64,000 bases of DNA, from positions 43,481 to 107,480 of IMG/VR virus record IMGVR_UViG_3300025707_000006, one strand, 5' to 3'. Position numbers and translations under genes: made by a program. This document shows positions 46,020-56,289 of this stretch, one piece after another. Under the pieces are notes generated by a model. The model made no database searches. It saw only the letters and a program-made list of their open reading frames with translations, and was not told the origin of the DNA. Within the stretch, counting starts at the first letter, position 1, and each line of letters opens with the position of its first letter. This stretch comes from a virus (lineage: Duplodnaviria > Caudoviricetes).

Positions 46020-49000
46020 ATGGCTGATGATTTTAAGACCACAGTTAGTAGAACGCTAGATACGACCAATCGCCAATACACAAATGTAGTATGGCAAGCA
46101 GGTAAACCTCCTCTCGATAGTGAGCTTAACCTAGTAGGTCAACTCGCCACAGATAATCTCTCAAAGACTATTTCGGCAACTGCTCATAGTGGTATCCTAA
46201 TGAACCCTAGAACTGCCGACAGAGACTTTGAGTTTAATCCCCTATGGTCAAACATCTTAAAATCCAAGCCCCTAAAGGCTTTAGTCAATGGGTTGGTTTT
46301 AAACATTGAAGAGACTACCATTAACCTCTCTCCACCACCCACACAAGACAATCGAGTAGACTTTGTTTTCCTAGAGGTGTGGAAGACCATTATCTCTGCT
46401 AGCAATGCAATAGCTGATGCAGACCTTCTTAAGATCAAACCTACTACAACAACCGTTTATTCCAATGGCAATCTTGCGGGTAGTGGGCTAGAAGATGAGA
46501 TGGTAGACACCAATGTTGGATTTGAAACCACAAAGCGTGTACAGGTTCAGTATCGCTTTAGAGTAGTTGATAACATTGACATTTACTCTCACATCGAAGG
46601 TATGTCCAGCAACCTCGTTAAAGCTAAAGGCCCTTTAGATGCTGTTAGCACTGTGAGCTTCAATAACCAACACGCAAATGGAGATGCTGGTCTTTGGGTC
46701 GCTCACATGACAAGTGATGGATGTCCTCTTGGTCAACCTTGTGACCCTAATGTGCCAAACACAGCACTGAGCGATTTCTTAGCAGAGAACATCGTTTATG
46801 GTATCCCTATCTGTGCAATCACTCGAAGAAATGACCACGCTTATGTTGCGTCTGTAAACGCAGGCAATGCTAATCAGAATGGAGCGATGGATCGTAAGCC
46901 TTCATCTACCATGAGTACAGACGCAATTACTCTCCTACAAGCAACATTGACTAATGCTTTAGATGCTTCAATCACAGGTAATGTAACGATCACTAATGGT
47001 GTTGGTTCGGGTCTTGATGATGCTGATCTTTATGGTTCTGAAAGATACTTGGTGCTTGGTGAAGGTCTTAACAGAGAAATCATTAGAGTAAGTGGATTTG
47101 CAAACCCAAATCTTACGATTGTGGCTAGAGGTGAAGGTGGAACACAAGCTAAGTACCACTCAGCAGGAACAAATGTTGTTCTCTTTAACAACCGACCTGA
47201 TGGTAAATATGCTGATCAGATCCATGCCGAAGATCTATTCGATATGCGTCATGCTACCACTATCGGTGAGTGGGATTATCAGTCTCTACTTGAAAGCTCT
47301 CTCTCTGATCTCCTCTTCGGAAATCTAAAGACTGCCTACAAGCAGAACCAACAAAACAACACCACATCGGGAACGACCATAGAAGAAGTTTCTATGATCG
47401 ACAACCAAACCCCACCACAAACATACAATATGGATTGGCCTAATGGGTTTAGAGACACATGGTCTGATGCTTCTGTACCCCAAATGGGATTGACTATGTA
47501 TCTTAGTTTGCCGAGTGCAAGAGACTCTTTTGGGGTAACACAAACAAACCTCAATGTAGCCAACTCAACCTTTTGGTCTATCGGACCAAACTTATCTCCT
47601 AGTGCTTTCATTTATGATGGTCTTGTCATGAAGTCTGGCTCATGGATCAAAATAACACTTAATAGTGATCAGACAAACTTAGCTTATGGGGTCAATCAGA
47701 TTGTTGGTGCAAATACCTCCGAAGAGAGAGGTGTTCGCTTTATCGCACCTAAAGAAGTCAGAGATGCTTCAATAAAACGATCACCATTCACCATCGAAGA
47801 GGTAGGTGATAATCATGGTCAGTTATACTACCCGACCCTTGCATCTAGCTTTGAAAGACCATTTATCGTACTAGGTAAATCTCAGTACGATGCTACATTC
47901 ACCACATCTACTGCTGACAATGTGACAGATCAAAACTATCGTTATTTGTATCGACCAAATGCGATCAATCAGTCAAATGTTGTTGTTGATCAGCAGACTG
48001 GAGCTGGTAAAGCTACAGAACAAGTCGTTGCTGTCAGATTGGGTGCGAGTGGTGTTGATTTACCTCTCGCTGTGAGAAATATCGAATCCCTCGTGACAAA
48101 CAATGGGTATGACACGAGTGGAGATCACTCTAGTTTATATGCTGTCATCTATGGTGACCCAGCCGCTCAACAGAACAATGGTGTATTCAAAGTAATAGAC
48201 ATATTAAACGATGACTTAGACACACCTAATGCTATTTACTATAAATCAACCGACACTACTGTTGGTTGGGCTCCAACATCCAAAGTAGGTTGGCTTATAC
48301 TCAAGCCTATCGACAACATTAACAGAACCCCTGATCTAATTACCGAAAAAATATTGAAGATTGAGTTCAGAACGCAAGACCTCGCTAACAAAGACGATGA
48401 GGTGATGATCGCCATTACAGAATCTGTAGACCACGCCATTGCCAACTCTACTCTAGGTAAACTCTCTATCACAAGCGAGTTCCAACTTGGTGTCTCTGTC
48501 CTCTACCCCTCTGCAACAGGTGGCATTGCTAATGTAGCTGAGGACATTCATAAGATCGGTTTAGTACCAGATGTCTCCACAGGCGAGTTCCTTAACAACT
48601 CGAAGTCTGTTTTACATGGTGCAGATTTCTCTAACTTGCCCCTTATAGGGAATGAGATAGACCTACCAACGAAGAACCATGTCTCTCTTTGGAATAGGCT
48701 ACCCTCATCAAACCTGCCAATCGGTATAGCACAGTCTACTCAGATGGGTGGTCGTATCATCAATGAAGAAGCTGATCGTGAGGCTGAAGCGTTTACAGAT
48801 GAAAACAGTAAGACTGTCGTTCTTAGACCTTTCCAAAACAAGACTGTCATCATCAATAAAGCGATTACGAAGAACCTCGAAGCAAACAATGTTACTCTAC
48901 CTCTAGTTCCAGAACATTGGAACAGCACAACTATTGATGTAGATCTTGAAACATCAGAAATGTTCCTTGCAACTAAGAATGCCGCTTTCGTATTGCCCGA

Positions 49001-51338
49001 AGCAATCATGCCTCGATTCGGTAGGCAAGACATCCCTCTACACAACTATACTGGGACAGAAGATCAGTTTAGAAACGGTCTGAACCATATCTTTATTGAT
49101 AAGTCCTCTGCAAACTCTGATGGTGTATTTAACATCATTGGGGGGCTTGATAACGGAGGTAATCCAGGTGTTAGTAATGTCCTATTCGTCACAGACGACC
49201 CAAATACCTCGTGGGGTGAGCGAAAGACAATCACCACAATAGACAGCAAGATTGGTATTGGAGCTAGAAAAACCTCATTAACTGTTCCTACAAGCGACTT
49301 TGGATCTACCCTCAATGGTATCGAACTTCCTCCTTATTACGGCATTGTTCGTGTCTATGGTGTCTATGAGAGATCTCTATTCCACGATCATTTAAACCAA
49401 CTAGGAGGTCACGCAATTGATCGTGTGACCGTTGCAGGTAATGTGTCAAGTGATGCCTGCCCTAATCTACTAAGAACCGACTCATCAGCGTTCACTATGT
49501 ATATCAGACAAAACGGTGGTAAAGATCATGTCAATGGTGTGGATGGCTTGTCTAACACAGACTATTTACACGCACACACTTATATGCTCACCGAACACGC
49601 AATCGACATCACCCGACTAAATGGTGTGGGTGCTGGTTGGTCTGACGCATCTGTTTTCACAGACTTTAACTATGTTGTTGAAGCTGTGGTATTTATGTTT
49701 GCTGATGGGTTTATCTCACATAACCGTTATGTACTACCTAGAAAACATAACGGTTCTGGATCTGCTCTTGTGGCGACCACTACACAAAAGGCTGTTGTAT
49801 CCACAGTCATTCCTTTTGCTCCTCCTCTTGGTTCACATATCACAGTCGCTTATAAGCGTACTCCATACCAAGGCGACCCTTTAGGTACTCTCGGACAAGC
49901 AGACCAAACAGTACCTCAAGGTCGAAAGAGTCTATCAGAACTCAGACTTGGGACTAAGGTACAGCCAGTAGACCTCTCAAACACCAATAAGCGTAATGTT
50001 GAAGTTCTCGCAAGTATGGATTTCTACACGACACTCGGAACAGGTAAGATTGGTGGGGTGGTTTACCCGACAACAATCACTGATGTCGGTCATACTCCAT
50101 TCCCAATCAATCGAGATCCCACTGCGTTATTGGCTGACGGTCTTACCCACATCCCTTTAAAGACAGCTACCTTTAAAGGTGAGTCTGAACTAAAAGGAGG
50201 TTGGGCGAGCCTATTCCTATTTGAGAAGGCAAAAGATGTCGTTAATGGGGAAGTCACCTTAGCTCTCTATAAGAATGACACATCGGTTAGTACCTTTGCG
50301 ATTGTTACTGCCACGATCCAAGAACAAGTTACATTGGCGATGTTATGGCTACAGGGATTAGGTTATAACTGCTTCCAAACTCGTGGAGAAATCAAACAAA
50401 GTGGTACGGATAACTCAAACTATTTTGGTCTACTCATCCAAGCACCTAACCCTACGGACACCTTTGAGTTAGAGGTTCAATGGAAAGATCTTAGAAACGG
50501 ACAAGACATTCAAGTCTTTGGAAACCTAAGAGAATCGCCTTTGAGTTTTCAAATGTGGACATTAACAGGACCTCCTCTTGTAAACTATGAATCAACACTC
50601 AATTCTCGAAGCATGAGTCGTGTTCATTTCTCTAAGGTTAACACACCAAGAATAAACGCAGGTGATGGTAATACCCCTATCTCTCTAACAGGGATCACCT
50701 CAAGATTACCTATCGGATCTCTCGTTCGAGACTCGGACTTTGTATGCGAAGATATCCTAAGCAATAAGTCGAGCTATTTATTCTCCTCTGCGGGTTCGTT
50801 CTCCACTATTTCTAATCCTGTACCTGTAAGCCCCGATGGTATCCCTTACACAGCTACATTAGGAGTGAGTGGAGATACCTTACAGATGAATGATGGGAAG
50901 ATATACAATGGAATAACACCTGCAACACAAACTAAATATACTATCGCAAGAGGGGGAGGATCTGTCTTTAGTGCAGGGGGAAATGTAGAGGGTGGACCTC
51001 TAAGTTTCCTAGCGACATCATTCAATGAATTTTTACAACCTGTTTTGAAAGGAAGTGCTTTGGTCGGTAGGGCGATGCTTGTGTCTAACAGTTATGAGGA
51101 AGATGATACATCAAGCCCTACAAGTTATGGAAGCGAACTGCAACTTGTAGTAGTAACCCATGCTGTGGATGGTGGTTCTCCCTCTATTACTCTAGGAGGA
51201 GACATTTCACCTTCGGGGTATGGAGAAGGTCTAGCGGCGGCTGATCGGTTTAGAGTCAAAGGTAAACCTTTAGTTAAGGTCTACAGTCAAGCCTCTAACC
51301 TAAGTGTTGTACCTGCTTCGTATAACTCTAGCAACTAA
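46020..51338 (+). CDS. large baseplate/tail protein, paralog of 35935..39153
   Basis: VWQAGKPPLDSELNL, DFVFLEVW, RVQVQYR and RPDGKYAD motifs. Confidence 0.7.
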   Translation: MADDFKTTVSRTLDTTNRQYTNVVWQAGKPPLDSELNLVGQLATDNLSKTISATAHSGILMNPRTADRDFEFNPLWSNILKSKPLKALVNGLVLNIEETTINLSPPPTQDNRVDFVFLEVWKTIISASNAIADADLLKIKPTTTTVYSNGNLAGSGLEDEMVDTNVGFETTKRVQVQYRFRVVDNIDIYSHIEGMSSNLVKAKGPLDAVSTVSFNNQHANGDAGLWVAHMTSDGCPLGQPCDPNVPNTALSDFLAENIVYGIPICAITRRNDHAYVASVNAGNANQNGAMDRKPSSTMSTDAITLLQATLTNALDASITGNVTITNGVGSGLDDADLYGSERYLVLGEGLNREIIRVSGFANPNLTIVARGEGGTQAKYHSAGTNVVLFNNRPDGKYADQIHAEDLFDMRHATTIGEWDYQSLLESSLSDLLFGNLKTAYKQNQQNNTTSGTTIEEVSMIDNQTPPQTYNMDWPNGFRDTWSDASVPQMGLTMYLSLPSARDSFGVTQTNLNVANSTFWSIGPNLSPSAFIYDGLVMKSGSWIKITLNSDQTNLAYGVNQIVGANTSEERGVRFIAPKEVRDASIKRSPFTIEEVGDNHGQLYYPTLASSFERPFIVLGKSQYDATFTTSTADNVTDQNYRYLYRPNAINQSNVVVDQQTGAGKATEQVVAVRLGASGVDLPLAVRNIESLVTNNGYDTSGDHSSLYAVIYGDPAAQQNNGVFKVIDILNDDLDTPNAIYYKSTDTTVGWAPTSKVGWLILKPIDNINRTPDLITEKILKIEFRTQDLANKDDEVMIAITESVDHAIANSTLGKLSITSEFQLGVSVLYPSATGGIANVAEDIHKIGLVPDVSTGEFLNNSKSVLHGADFSNLPLIGNEIDLPTKNHVSLWNRLPSSNLPIGIAQSTQMGGRIINEEADREAEAFTDENSKTVVLRPFQNKTVIINKAITKNLEANNVTLPLVPEHWNSTTIDVDLETSEMFLATKNAAFVLPEAIMPRFGRQDIPLHNYTGTEDQFRNGLNHIFIDKSSANSDGVFNIIGGLDNGGNPGVSNVLFVTDDPNTSWGERKTITTIDSKIGIGARKTSLTVPTSDFGSTLNGIELPPYYGIVRVYGVYERSLFHDHLNQLGGHAIDRVTVAGNVSSDACPNLLRTDSSAFTMYIRQNGGKDHVNGVDGLSNTDYLHAHTYMLTEHAIDITRLNGVGAGWSDASVFTDFNYVVEAVVFMFADGFISHNRYVLPRKHNGSGSALVATTTQKAVVSTVIPFAPPLGSHITVAYKRTPYQGDPLGTLGQADQTVPQGRKSLSELRLGTKVQPVDLSNTNKRNVEVLASMDFYTTLGTGKIGGVVYPTTITDVGHTPFPINRDPTALLADGLTHIPLKTATFKGESELKGGWASLFLFEKAKDVVNGEVTLALYKNDTSVSTFAIVTATIQEQVTLAMLWLQGLGYNCFQTRGEIKQSGTDNSNYFGLLIQAPNPTDTFELEVQWKDLRNGQDIQVFGNLRESPLSFQMWTLTGPPLVNYESTLNSRSMSRVHFSKVNTPRINAGDGNTPISLTGITSRLPIGSLVRDSDFVCEDILSNKSSYLFSSAGSFSTISNPVPVSPDGIPYTATLGVSGDTLQMNDGKIYNGITPATQTKYTIARGGGSVFSAGGNVEGGPLSFLATSFNEFLQPVLKGSALVGRAMLVSNSYEEDDTSSPTSYGSELQLVVVTHAVDGGSPSITLGGDISPSGYGEGLAAADRFRVKGKPLVKVYSQASNLSVVPASYNSSN

Positions 51339-51344
51339 AGCCTG

Positions 51345-51533
51345 ATGGCTAAGGACAAGCGTATACCAGGACATTGCACTTGTTGTGGATATAAACTCCC
51401 CGAAAGCAATAGAGGGTGGGGTTTGAACTGGCATGACGGTGCTGGTATGTGTGCTAAATGTCTTTATACTATTCGGAAGTCGATTGGATACTTTGATCGT
51501 CTTGAGAAGAAGAAGACTCGTCAAGATCAGTAG
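51345..51533 (+). CDS. small Cys4 zinc-finger protein
   Basis: HCTCCG...MCAKC. Confidence 0.45.
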   Translation: MAKDKRIPGHCTCCGYKLPESNRGWGLNWHDGAGMCAKCLYTIRKSIGYFDRLEKKKTRQDQ

Positions 51534-51720
51534 GAGTACCCTCTTCAGTCGCTTCTGAGTCTGCGAGTTTTTGTAAAGTCTGAGCGTTCTCTGCGATAAC
51601 CTTAAGGTATGACTTAATCATCTTCTCCCTACGCTTTAAATCTTCAATACGCTGATTTGCCTTACGAGTCTTACGCCTCGATTTGATTTCTGCCTTCTTG
51701 TTCTTCTTTGGTTTCCCCAT
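51469..51720 (-). CDS. small basic hypothetical protein
   Basis: AAAGGAG SD; Lys/Arg-rich N-terminus. Confidence 0.55.
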   Translation of the reverse strand: MGKPKKNKKAEIKSRRKTRKANQRIEDLKRREKMIKSYLKVIAENAQTLQKLADSEATEEGTPTDLDESSSSQDDQSIQSTSE

Positions 51721-51826
51721 GATCTTTCATCTCCTTTAAGGTAGTGCGTAGATCATCTATACCATTTGTAAAAGTTAAATGTACCTATACATATATAAGA
51801 TTAACCTTCGCACTTAGGAGTTAAAT

Positions 51827-52207
51827 ATGTTCAAGAACGCAAAACCATTTTTCTTTGAGAACTCAAAAGTACCAGTTTGGCTCTCAAAGTTAGCACCTAT
51901 CGAGATCTCTGCTATAACACTTGGACCTCTAGTTTTCTCAAGGGGTGTTATCTCAGAGAAAACAAAACGACACGAAACAATCCACTATCAGCAGTATATT
52001 GAACTGTTGTTCGTGGGTTTCCTTGCCATCTATGTGTTTGATTTCTTATATGCCGCCATCATCAAGCGTAAAGGATTTACAAGAGACTCATATCTCGCTA
52101 TACGATTTGAACAAGAAGCATGGCAATGCGATGACTACGAGAACTACTTAGAGACTCGCCAAAGATTCGCTTGGAGAGGATACCCTTTAGGGGGAGAGAG
52201 TGTTTAA
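51827..52207 (+). CDS. HExxH-motif protein (zinc peptidase-like)
   Basis: AITLGP...RHETIHYQQ...FEQEA. Confidence 0.7.
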   Translation: MFKNAKPFFFENSKVPVWLSKLAPIEISAITLGPLVFSRGVISEKTKRHETIHYQQYIELLFVGFLAIYVFDFLYAAIIKRKGFTRDSYLAIRFEQEAWQCDDYENYLETRQRFAWRGYPLGGESV

Positions 52208-52325
52208 ATACTACATAGGGTGGAAATACCTAGAGCAAAGCTCAAATGGAGGGGTCGGAGCCTTTATTGTAGGATTCTTACTCATCTGTACCATCTTATA
52301 CTTTGCATATAAGTCTACTCGCTAG
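52200..52325 (+). CDS. 41-aa membrane peptide (not in the ORF track)
   Basis: GTG start after GGGGAG; MFKYYIGWKYLEQSSNGGVGAFIVGFLLICTILYFAYKSTR. Confidence 0.5.
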   Translation: MFKYYIGWKYLEQSSNGGVGAFIVGFLLICTILYFAYKSTR

Positions 52326-52391
52326 TCTATCTAGTCCCATTAAACATACTGTTCTCCTTTACTTATATATCATATAAGGGGTTACACACTC

Positions 52392-52835
52392 ATGGAGGAA
52401 AGTATGAGCTATAGAACTAAAAATAAACGGGGTAAAACTTGCTTTACAGACAGTGCTAAAAATGACTTTAAAATTGCCCCCCTTGATTGCAAGGATGGTG
52501 TTCTCATGGATATGCTAGGGGAGATGACTTTCGGGTGTGGCAAGACTAGATGGGACAGTCCTATCTTATTCACCCACCTCGATTCTCGTAAGATCGTGGT
52601 CGCTATTCAATGCCCAACAGATGCTTGCGGTTGGAATAGGTGTCCTTACATAACCCCAAACCCTGGAGAGACCTTTGCTTTTGTCCACGAACAAGGGTAT
52701 GATATCCGTATCATGGGCGAAGTAACTGGGTTTAAAACTATTATATACGAAACATCTATCAAGAGACAACCCGATGGGAAGCATTGGTTCGACCTACCTC
52801 ACAATATCAGAAGAACTTGGGCTTGTAGTTTGTAG
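52392..52835 (+). CDS. hypothetical protein
   Basis: ORF; start may be ATG 52404 after GGAGG. Confidence 0.6.
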   Translation: MEESMSYRTKNKRGKTCFTDSAKNDFKIAPLDCKDGVLMDMLGEMTFGCGKTRWDSPILFTHLDSRKIVVAIQCPTDACGWNRCPYITPNPGETFAFVHEQGYDIRIMGEVTGFKTIIYETSIKRQPDGKHWFDLPHNIRRTWACSL

Positions 52836-52916
52836 TTTCTTTATATCTTCTGATGCTAAGATCGTCATTTAAACCTTTAGTCGGTAGGGTACTATAAAAT
52901 GAAAGGGGTCATTAAA

Positions 52917-53207
52917 ATGAGCGAAGAAGTTAAAGTACAGGATCTAGTTGACGCTATTCTTAATCCTGTACGGGAACAAAAACCTTTAGTAGAACAAGAG
53001 AACCTTGTTTGGGAAGAATTTAATTTTAAAGGTGAAGTTAAAGATTTCTCTCTTAAGCAAGAGGTTCTGCCCGAAGGATCAGCGATTGTAGAAGAGAGAA
53101 TTACAGAGGTGTCTGTAGTTGACCTCAAGGGTAAAACCTTCAAGTTTCCTGGACACTTTAGGATGGAACGGTTCGGGGATAAGGTTAAGTTTGTCGCTGT
53201 GATGTAA
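52917..53207 (+). CDS. hypothetical protein
   Basis: AAGGGG SD; class A variant at 52831-52844. Confidence 0.6.
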   Translation: MSEEVKVQDLVDAILNPVREQKPLVEQENLVWEEFNFKGEVKDFSLKQEVLPEGSAIVEERITEVSVVDLKGKTFKFPGHFRMERFGDKVKFVAVM

Positions 53208-53219
53208 TAGTCTGTTTAT
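53205..53219 (+). promoter_or_regulatory. class A variant TAATAGTCTGTTTAT
   Basis: Upstream of 53260. Confidence 0.6.
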
Positions 53220-53259
53220 GAACTAACCTCTATTAACAACAATAGAGAGGCTAGGCATC

Positions 53260-53634
53260 ATGTATAGATCATCAGCGTATTTAAATGAGATAACAAGCAA
53301 ACTGGACTCAAAAATTAAGTCGAACGCTTCTTCAATCAAAGCTGTTGTTAATGGCTTTGAAGAGAAGGTGCTTAAAGAGCCTATCGAGTTTAAGGTAGGG
53401 GATTACATTATTACTGTTAAAGCAACAGGAGAGAGATCGAATCCAGACCTTCACCTCACTTGCTCCTGTAACTATTGGCAGTATCAAGGGCCTGAGTATC
53501 ATGCAGTCCAAAACGATTACTTGTTTGGTAAAGTGAGAGGTACAGCAGAACAACCAACCAAAAAAGACCCTAAAGGTACTCACAAAGTGTGTAAACACGC
53601 CTATGCGGTCTTGAGGGATTTCTTTGGAGCTTGA
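53260..53634 (+). CDS. SWIM-type zinc finger protein
   Basis: TCSC...VCKH. Confidence 0.7.
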   Translation: MYRSSAYLNEITSKLDSKIKSNASSIKAVVNGFEEKVLKEPIEFKVGDYIITVKATGERSNPDLHLTCSCNYWQYQGPEYHAVQNDYLFGKVRGTAEQPTKKDPKGTHKVCKHAYAVLRDFFGA

Positions 53635-53638
53635 CCTT

Positions 53639-54025
53639 ATGCAATACCCATATAAATGTTCAAAATGCGAGCATGAATATATCTGTTCTATACCTATGGA
53701 CGATTACAAAATACCCCAACCCTGCCCTGAGTGTGGGGTTAAGAATGAAAAGTTGTTCAGACCCACTCGAAACTTCATTCTTAAAGGTGATGGTTGGGCG
53801 GGTAAAAATAGTCGCATAAACCAACAGATGAGAGCTAAAAATAAGAAGCTAGACGCTAGAACAAATGAAATGAAGCGTGATGCTCCTAATGTCACTCTCG
53901 CCCCTAATGTTGATGGGGAGCGTGTAGACTCTTGGTCAGACGCTCAAAAACTCGCCAAATCAAAAGGCAAGAGTACAGAATCTTATGAACCAATGATAGC
54001 AAAAGAGAAAGAGAGTAAGAAATGA
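53639..54025 (+). CDS. FmdB-family zinc ribbon protein, extended
   Basis: YPYKCSKC...CPEC...FILKGDGW. Confidence 0.8.
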   Translation: MQYPYKCSKCEHEYICSIPMDDYKIPQPCPECGVKNEKLFRPTRNFILKGDGWAGKNSRINQQMRAKNKKLDARTNEMKRDAPNVTLAPNVDGERVDSWSDAQKLAKSKGKSTESYEPMIAKEKESKK

Positions 54026-54750
54026 GTAGAGGTCGCTTAATACCAAGCCTTATCTACAGATCAAAAGGTCTAGTAGATATGGTAGTACACAACGCAAACC
54101 TAAGAGGTATGGATCAAATCACTATTTATGGTGCATCTAACCTCAATGATGCACATAACAACCCTGTGGAGATGTTTTCTGTGCCTTATGATAGAACTTT
54201 TAGAAGTCAGTTTATCACTCAGGCAAAGTTAGGTGTTGAAGAATCACAAAGAGATCAAACTCGATTTGTATTTAACCCTAGTGAATATGCTACTACATTC
54301 AAGGCAAATACCCCTCGTATTCCAAATGATGACCAAATGCTCTATCTTAGAGTCAGAGGTCGGCTCCGAGCCACCCAAGAGAACTCAGACTTTGGACCAG
54401 TTGTGGGGGTTGTACCTTACGATTTCTTCTCACTAACTGCTCCTATCTTCACGACTATTGGTAATGCACCAAACCTAGATGCAGGCAATGGTATTCCCGA
54501 TACTCTTAGTACAGGGGCAATGAACTTCCACCTCCCTAGTTTCAGTCAGACTTTGAACATTCAAAATCTTGATTCTCCTCAAGGAGGGTCTAATATGTTC
54601 ATCTCTTTTAATCCAGGAATGTCTCCCTCTATCCTAAGACCAGGAGAAGCATTGACTTTAACATCGGGTGCTGTCGGGGAGTTCTTTTTAGCAGGGCAAA
54701 CAGGAGATCCTTTGTTCACTATCCGATGTTCTGTAGTTAATAGAGGTTAA
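54022..54750 (+). CDS. putative virion protein
   Basis: Coupled ORF, beta-rich, upstream of the paralog triplet. Confidence 0.55.
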   Translation: MSRGRLIPSLIYRSKGLVDMVVHNANLRGMDQITIYGASNLNDAHNNPVEMFSVPYDRTFRSQFITQAKLGVEESQRDQTRFVFNPSEYATTFKANTPRIPNDDQMLYLRVRGRLRATQENSDFGPVVGVVPYDFFSLTAPIFTTIGNAPNLDAGNGIPDTLSTGAMNFHLPSFSQTLNIQNLDSPQGGSNMFISFNPGMSPSILRPGEALTLTSGAVGEFFLAGQTGDPLFTIRCSVVNRG

Positions 54751-54763
54751 ATGACATCTTCCT

Positions 54764-54778
54764 TAATAGTCTATTTAT
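54764..54778 (+). promoter_or_regulatory. class A variant TAATAGTCTATTTAT
   Basis: Upstream of the paralog triplet. Confidence 0.65.
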
Positions 54779-54825
54779 AATTTATATGTATATAGGTGAA
54801 CCCCTAACTATTAAGGAGAAAGACA

Positions 54826-55536
54826 ATGCCTTTCATTCTCGCAAGACGATCCGAGATCCAAAATGGGTCTATTCAGATCACAGACCTCTTCCCTAATGTT
54901 TCGCAAAGAAACCTCGTAAATGACCCCGCAGGTCAAGGCCCCTTCTATGTTCGTATCTCAAATATGGGTGCAACAGGTAGGACTCGACCTTTCATCAAGA
55001 CTAATGTTGATGGTTCTCTTGAGTTCCTACAACAATGTAATGGTCTTGTTGCTTACCTCATCGCTAATGTTGAAGCAGATGTCGGTGGTGATGATGACGC
55101 ACTCACTGTACCCGAAGCAGAAGAGATTGCAAATGGACTCCTCGCTAGAGTTCGTGCAGGTCAAACCCTAACACTCGCAAACATCAATGCAGTCTGTAAT
55201 GGTGTTAGTAATGCTTCGGGCTTAGACCAAGGTGACTCTACAGGGTCTGTTTCATCAATCCTTTCTATCCTTGCGGGAGAAGAGTACACAGTAAATGCAG
55301 GTGTTCCTATCCAAGACGCAGGTGGAGACTTTACAAACGGTATCGACCCTGGAACTCTTGGTTCGACCATGAGAAATCTCGTACCTAACGACAGCTCTTG
55401 GAAGATTTCTTTCGCTGAAGGAACTCTTGGTGGGCTTGTAGGTGCTCAAGATCCAAAGAAAACCTTTGGTGGAGTTAACTCTGCTACCCCACTTCTTACT
55501 GTCTACAATGATGACGGTACAATCTACGCAGGATAA
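54826..55536 (+). CDS. putative virion protein, paralog 1
   Basis: QITDLFPNVSQ, QGP, GLVAYL and VYNDDG motifs. Confidence 0.7.
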   Translation: MPFILARRSEIQNGSIQITDLFPNVSQRNLVNDPAGQGPFYVRISNMGATGRTRPFIKTNVDGSLEFLQQCNGLVAYLIANVEADVGGDDDALTVPEAEEIANGLLARVRAGQTLTLANINAVCNGVSNASGLDQGDSTGSVSSILSILAGEEYTVNAGVPIQDAGGDFTNGIDPGTLGSTMRNLVPNDSSWKISFAEGTLGGLVGAQDPKKTFGGVNSATPLLTVYNDDGTIYAG

Positions 55537-55549
55537 TAGGAGATAAACT

Positions 55550-56278
55550 ATGCCATTTCTAACTACTATTAGATACTCTGAGTTTGGCCTCGATTCAAAA
55601 GGCAACTCAAGATTACAGATTACTGACCTCTTCCCTAACAAGAGTCAGTCAAACGCTGTCATCACCCCTCGTTTTCAAGGTCCTTACAACTTCAGACCTG
55701 TTGACGCACAGTCAGCAGGTGCTTTAGTTGATCTGCCTGTTCTCGATGTTGCTCTCGACATCACAACCGAAGTTAGTGGGCTTGCCGCTTACTTCCTCGC
55801 TGTTGTTGAGGATGATGCAGGCACGACTCACATCTCGCCTGCTCAAGCAAGAGACATTGGTTCAGATATGATTGCTAATATGCAATTTGGTAGTCCTCTT
55901 ACCCTCTCTGACATTAACACTAGTATTGTAGGTATTGTCGGTCCTGGCAGTGAGTTGACTAACGCAGGTGGTTCAGAGTCAACAGGTTCTGTTTTAGAAG
56001 TTCTTGAGATCCTTTGTGGAGCTAAGACTTTTACTCTTCCTGTAGGACACTCTGTTGGTGATAATGGAAACCAAAACGCTTTCACACCATTTGTAAACGC
56101 AGACACTCAAGCGGCTGCTTTCACTGCGGTAACAGGATACACAAGTATCCCTTCTACACATGACAGTTTTTATATGTCTGCTCGCAGTGGTCAGATCAAA
56201 ACTGCACAACTAAACTTAAACTCAAACAACCACCCTGTCCTCGTTGCTTATGACGATGATGGTTCTGTCGTTAAATAA
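55550..56278 (+). CDS. putative virion protein, paralog 2
   Basis: QITDLFPNKSQ, QGP, GLAAYF and AYDDDG motifs. Confidence 0.7.
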   Translation: MPFLTTIRYSEFGLDSKGNSRLQITDLFPNKSQSNAVITPRFQGPYNFRPVDAQSAGALVDLPVLDVALDITTEVSGLAAYFLAVVEDDAGTTHISPAQARDIGSDMIANMQFGSPLTLSDINTSIVGIVGPGSELTNAGGSESTGSVLEVLEILCGAKTFTLPVGHSVGDNGNQNAFTPFVNADTQAAAFTAVTGYTSIPSTHDSFYMSARSGQIKTAQLNLNSNNHPVLVAYDDDGSVVK

Positions 56279-56289
56279 GGAGAATAAAC

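Noticed and set aside
27483-49884. Many short antisense or out-of-frame ORFs within long structural genes
   Set aside because: They are shadows of long genes, with no SD context or recognisable motifs.
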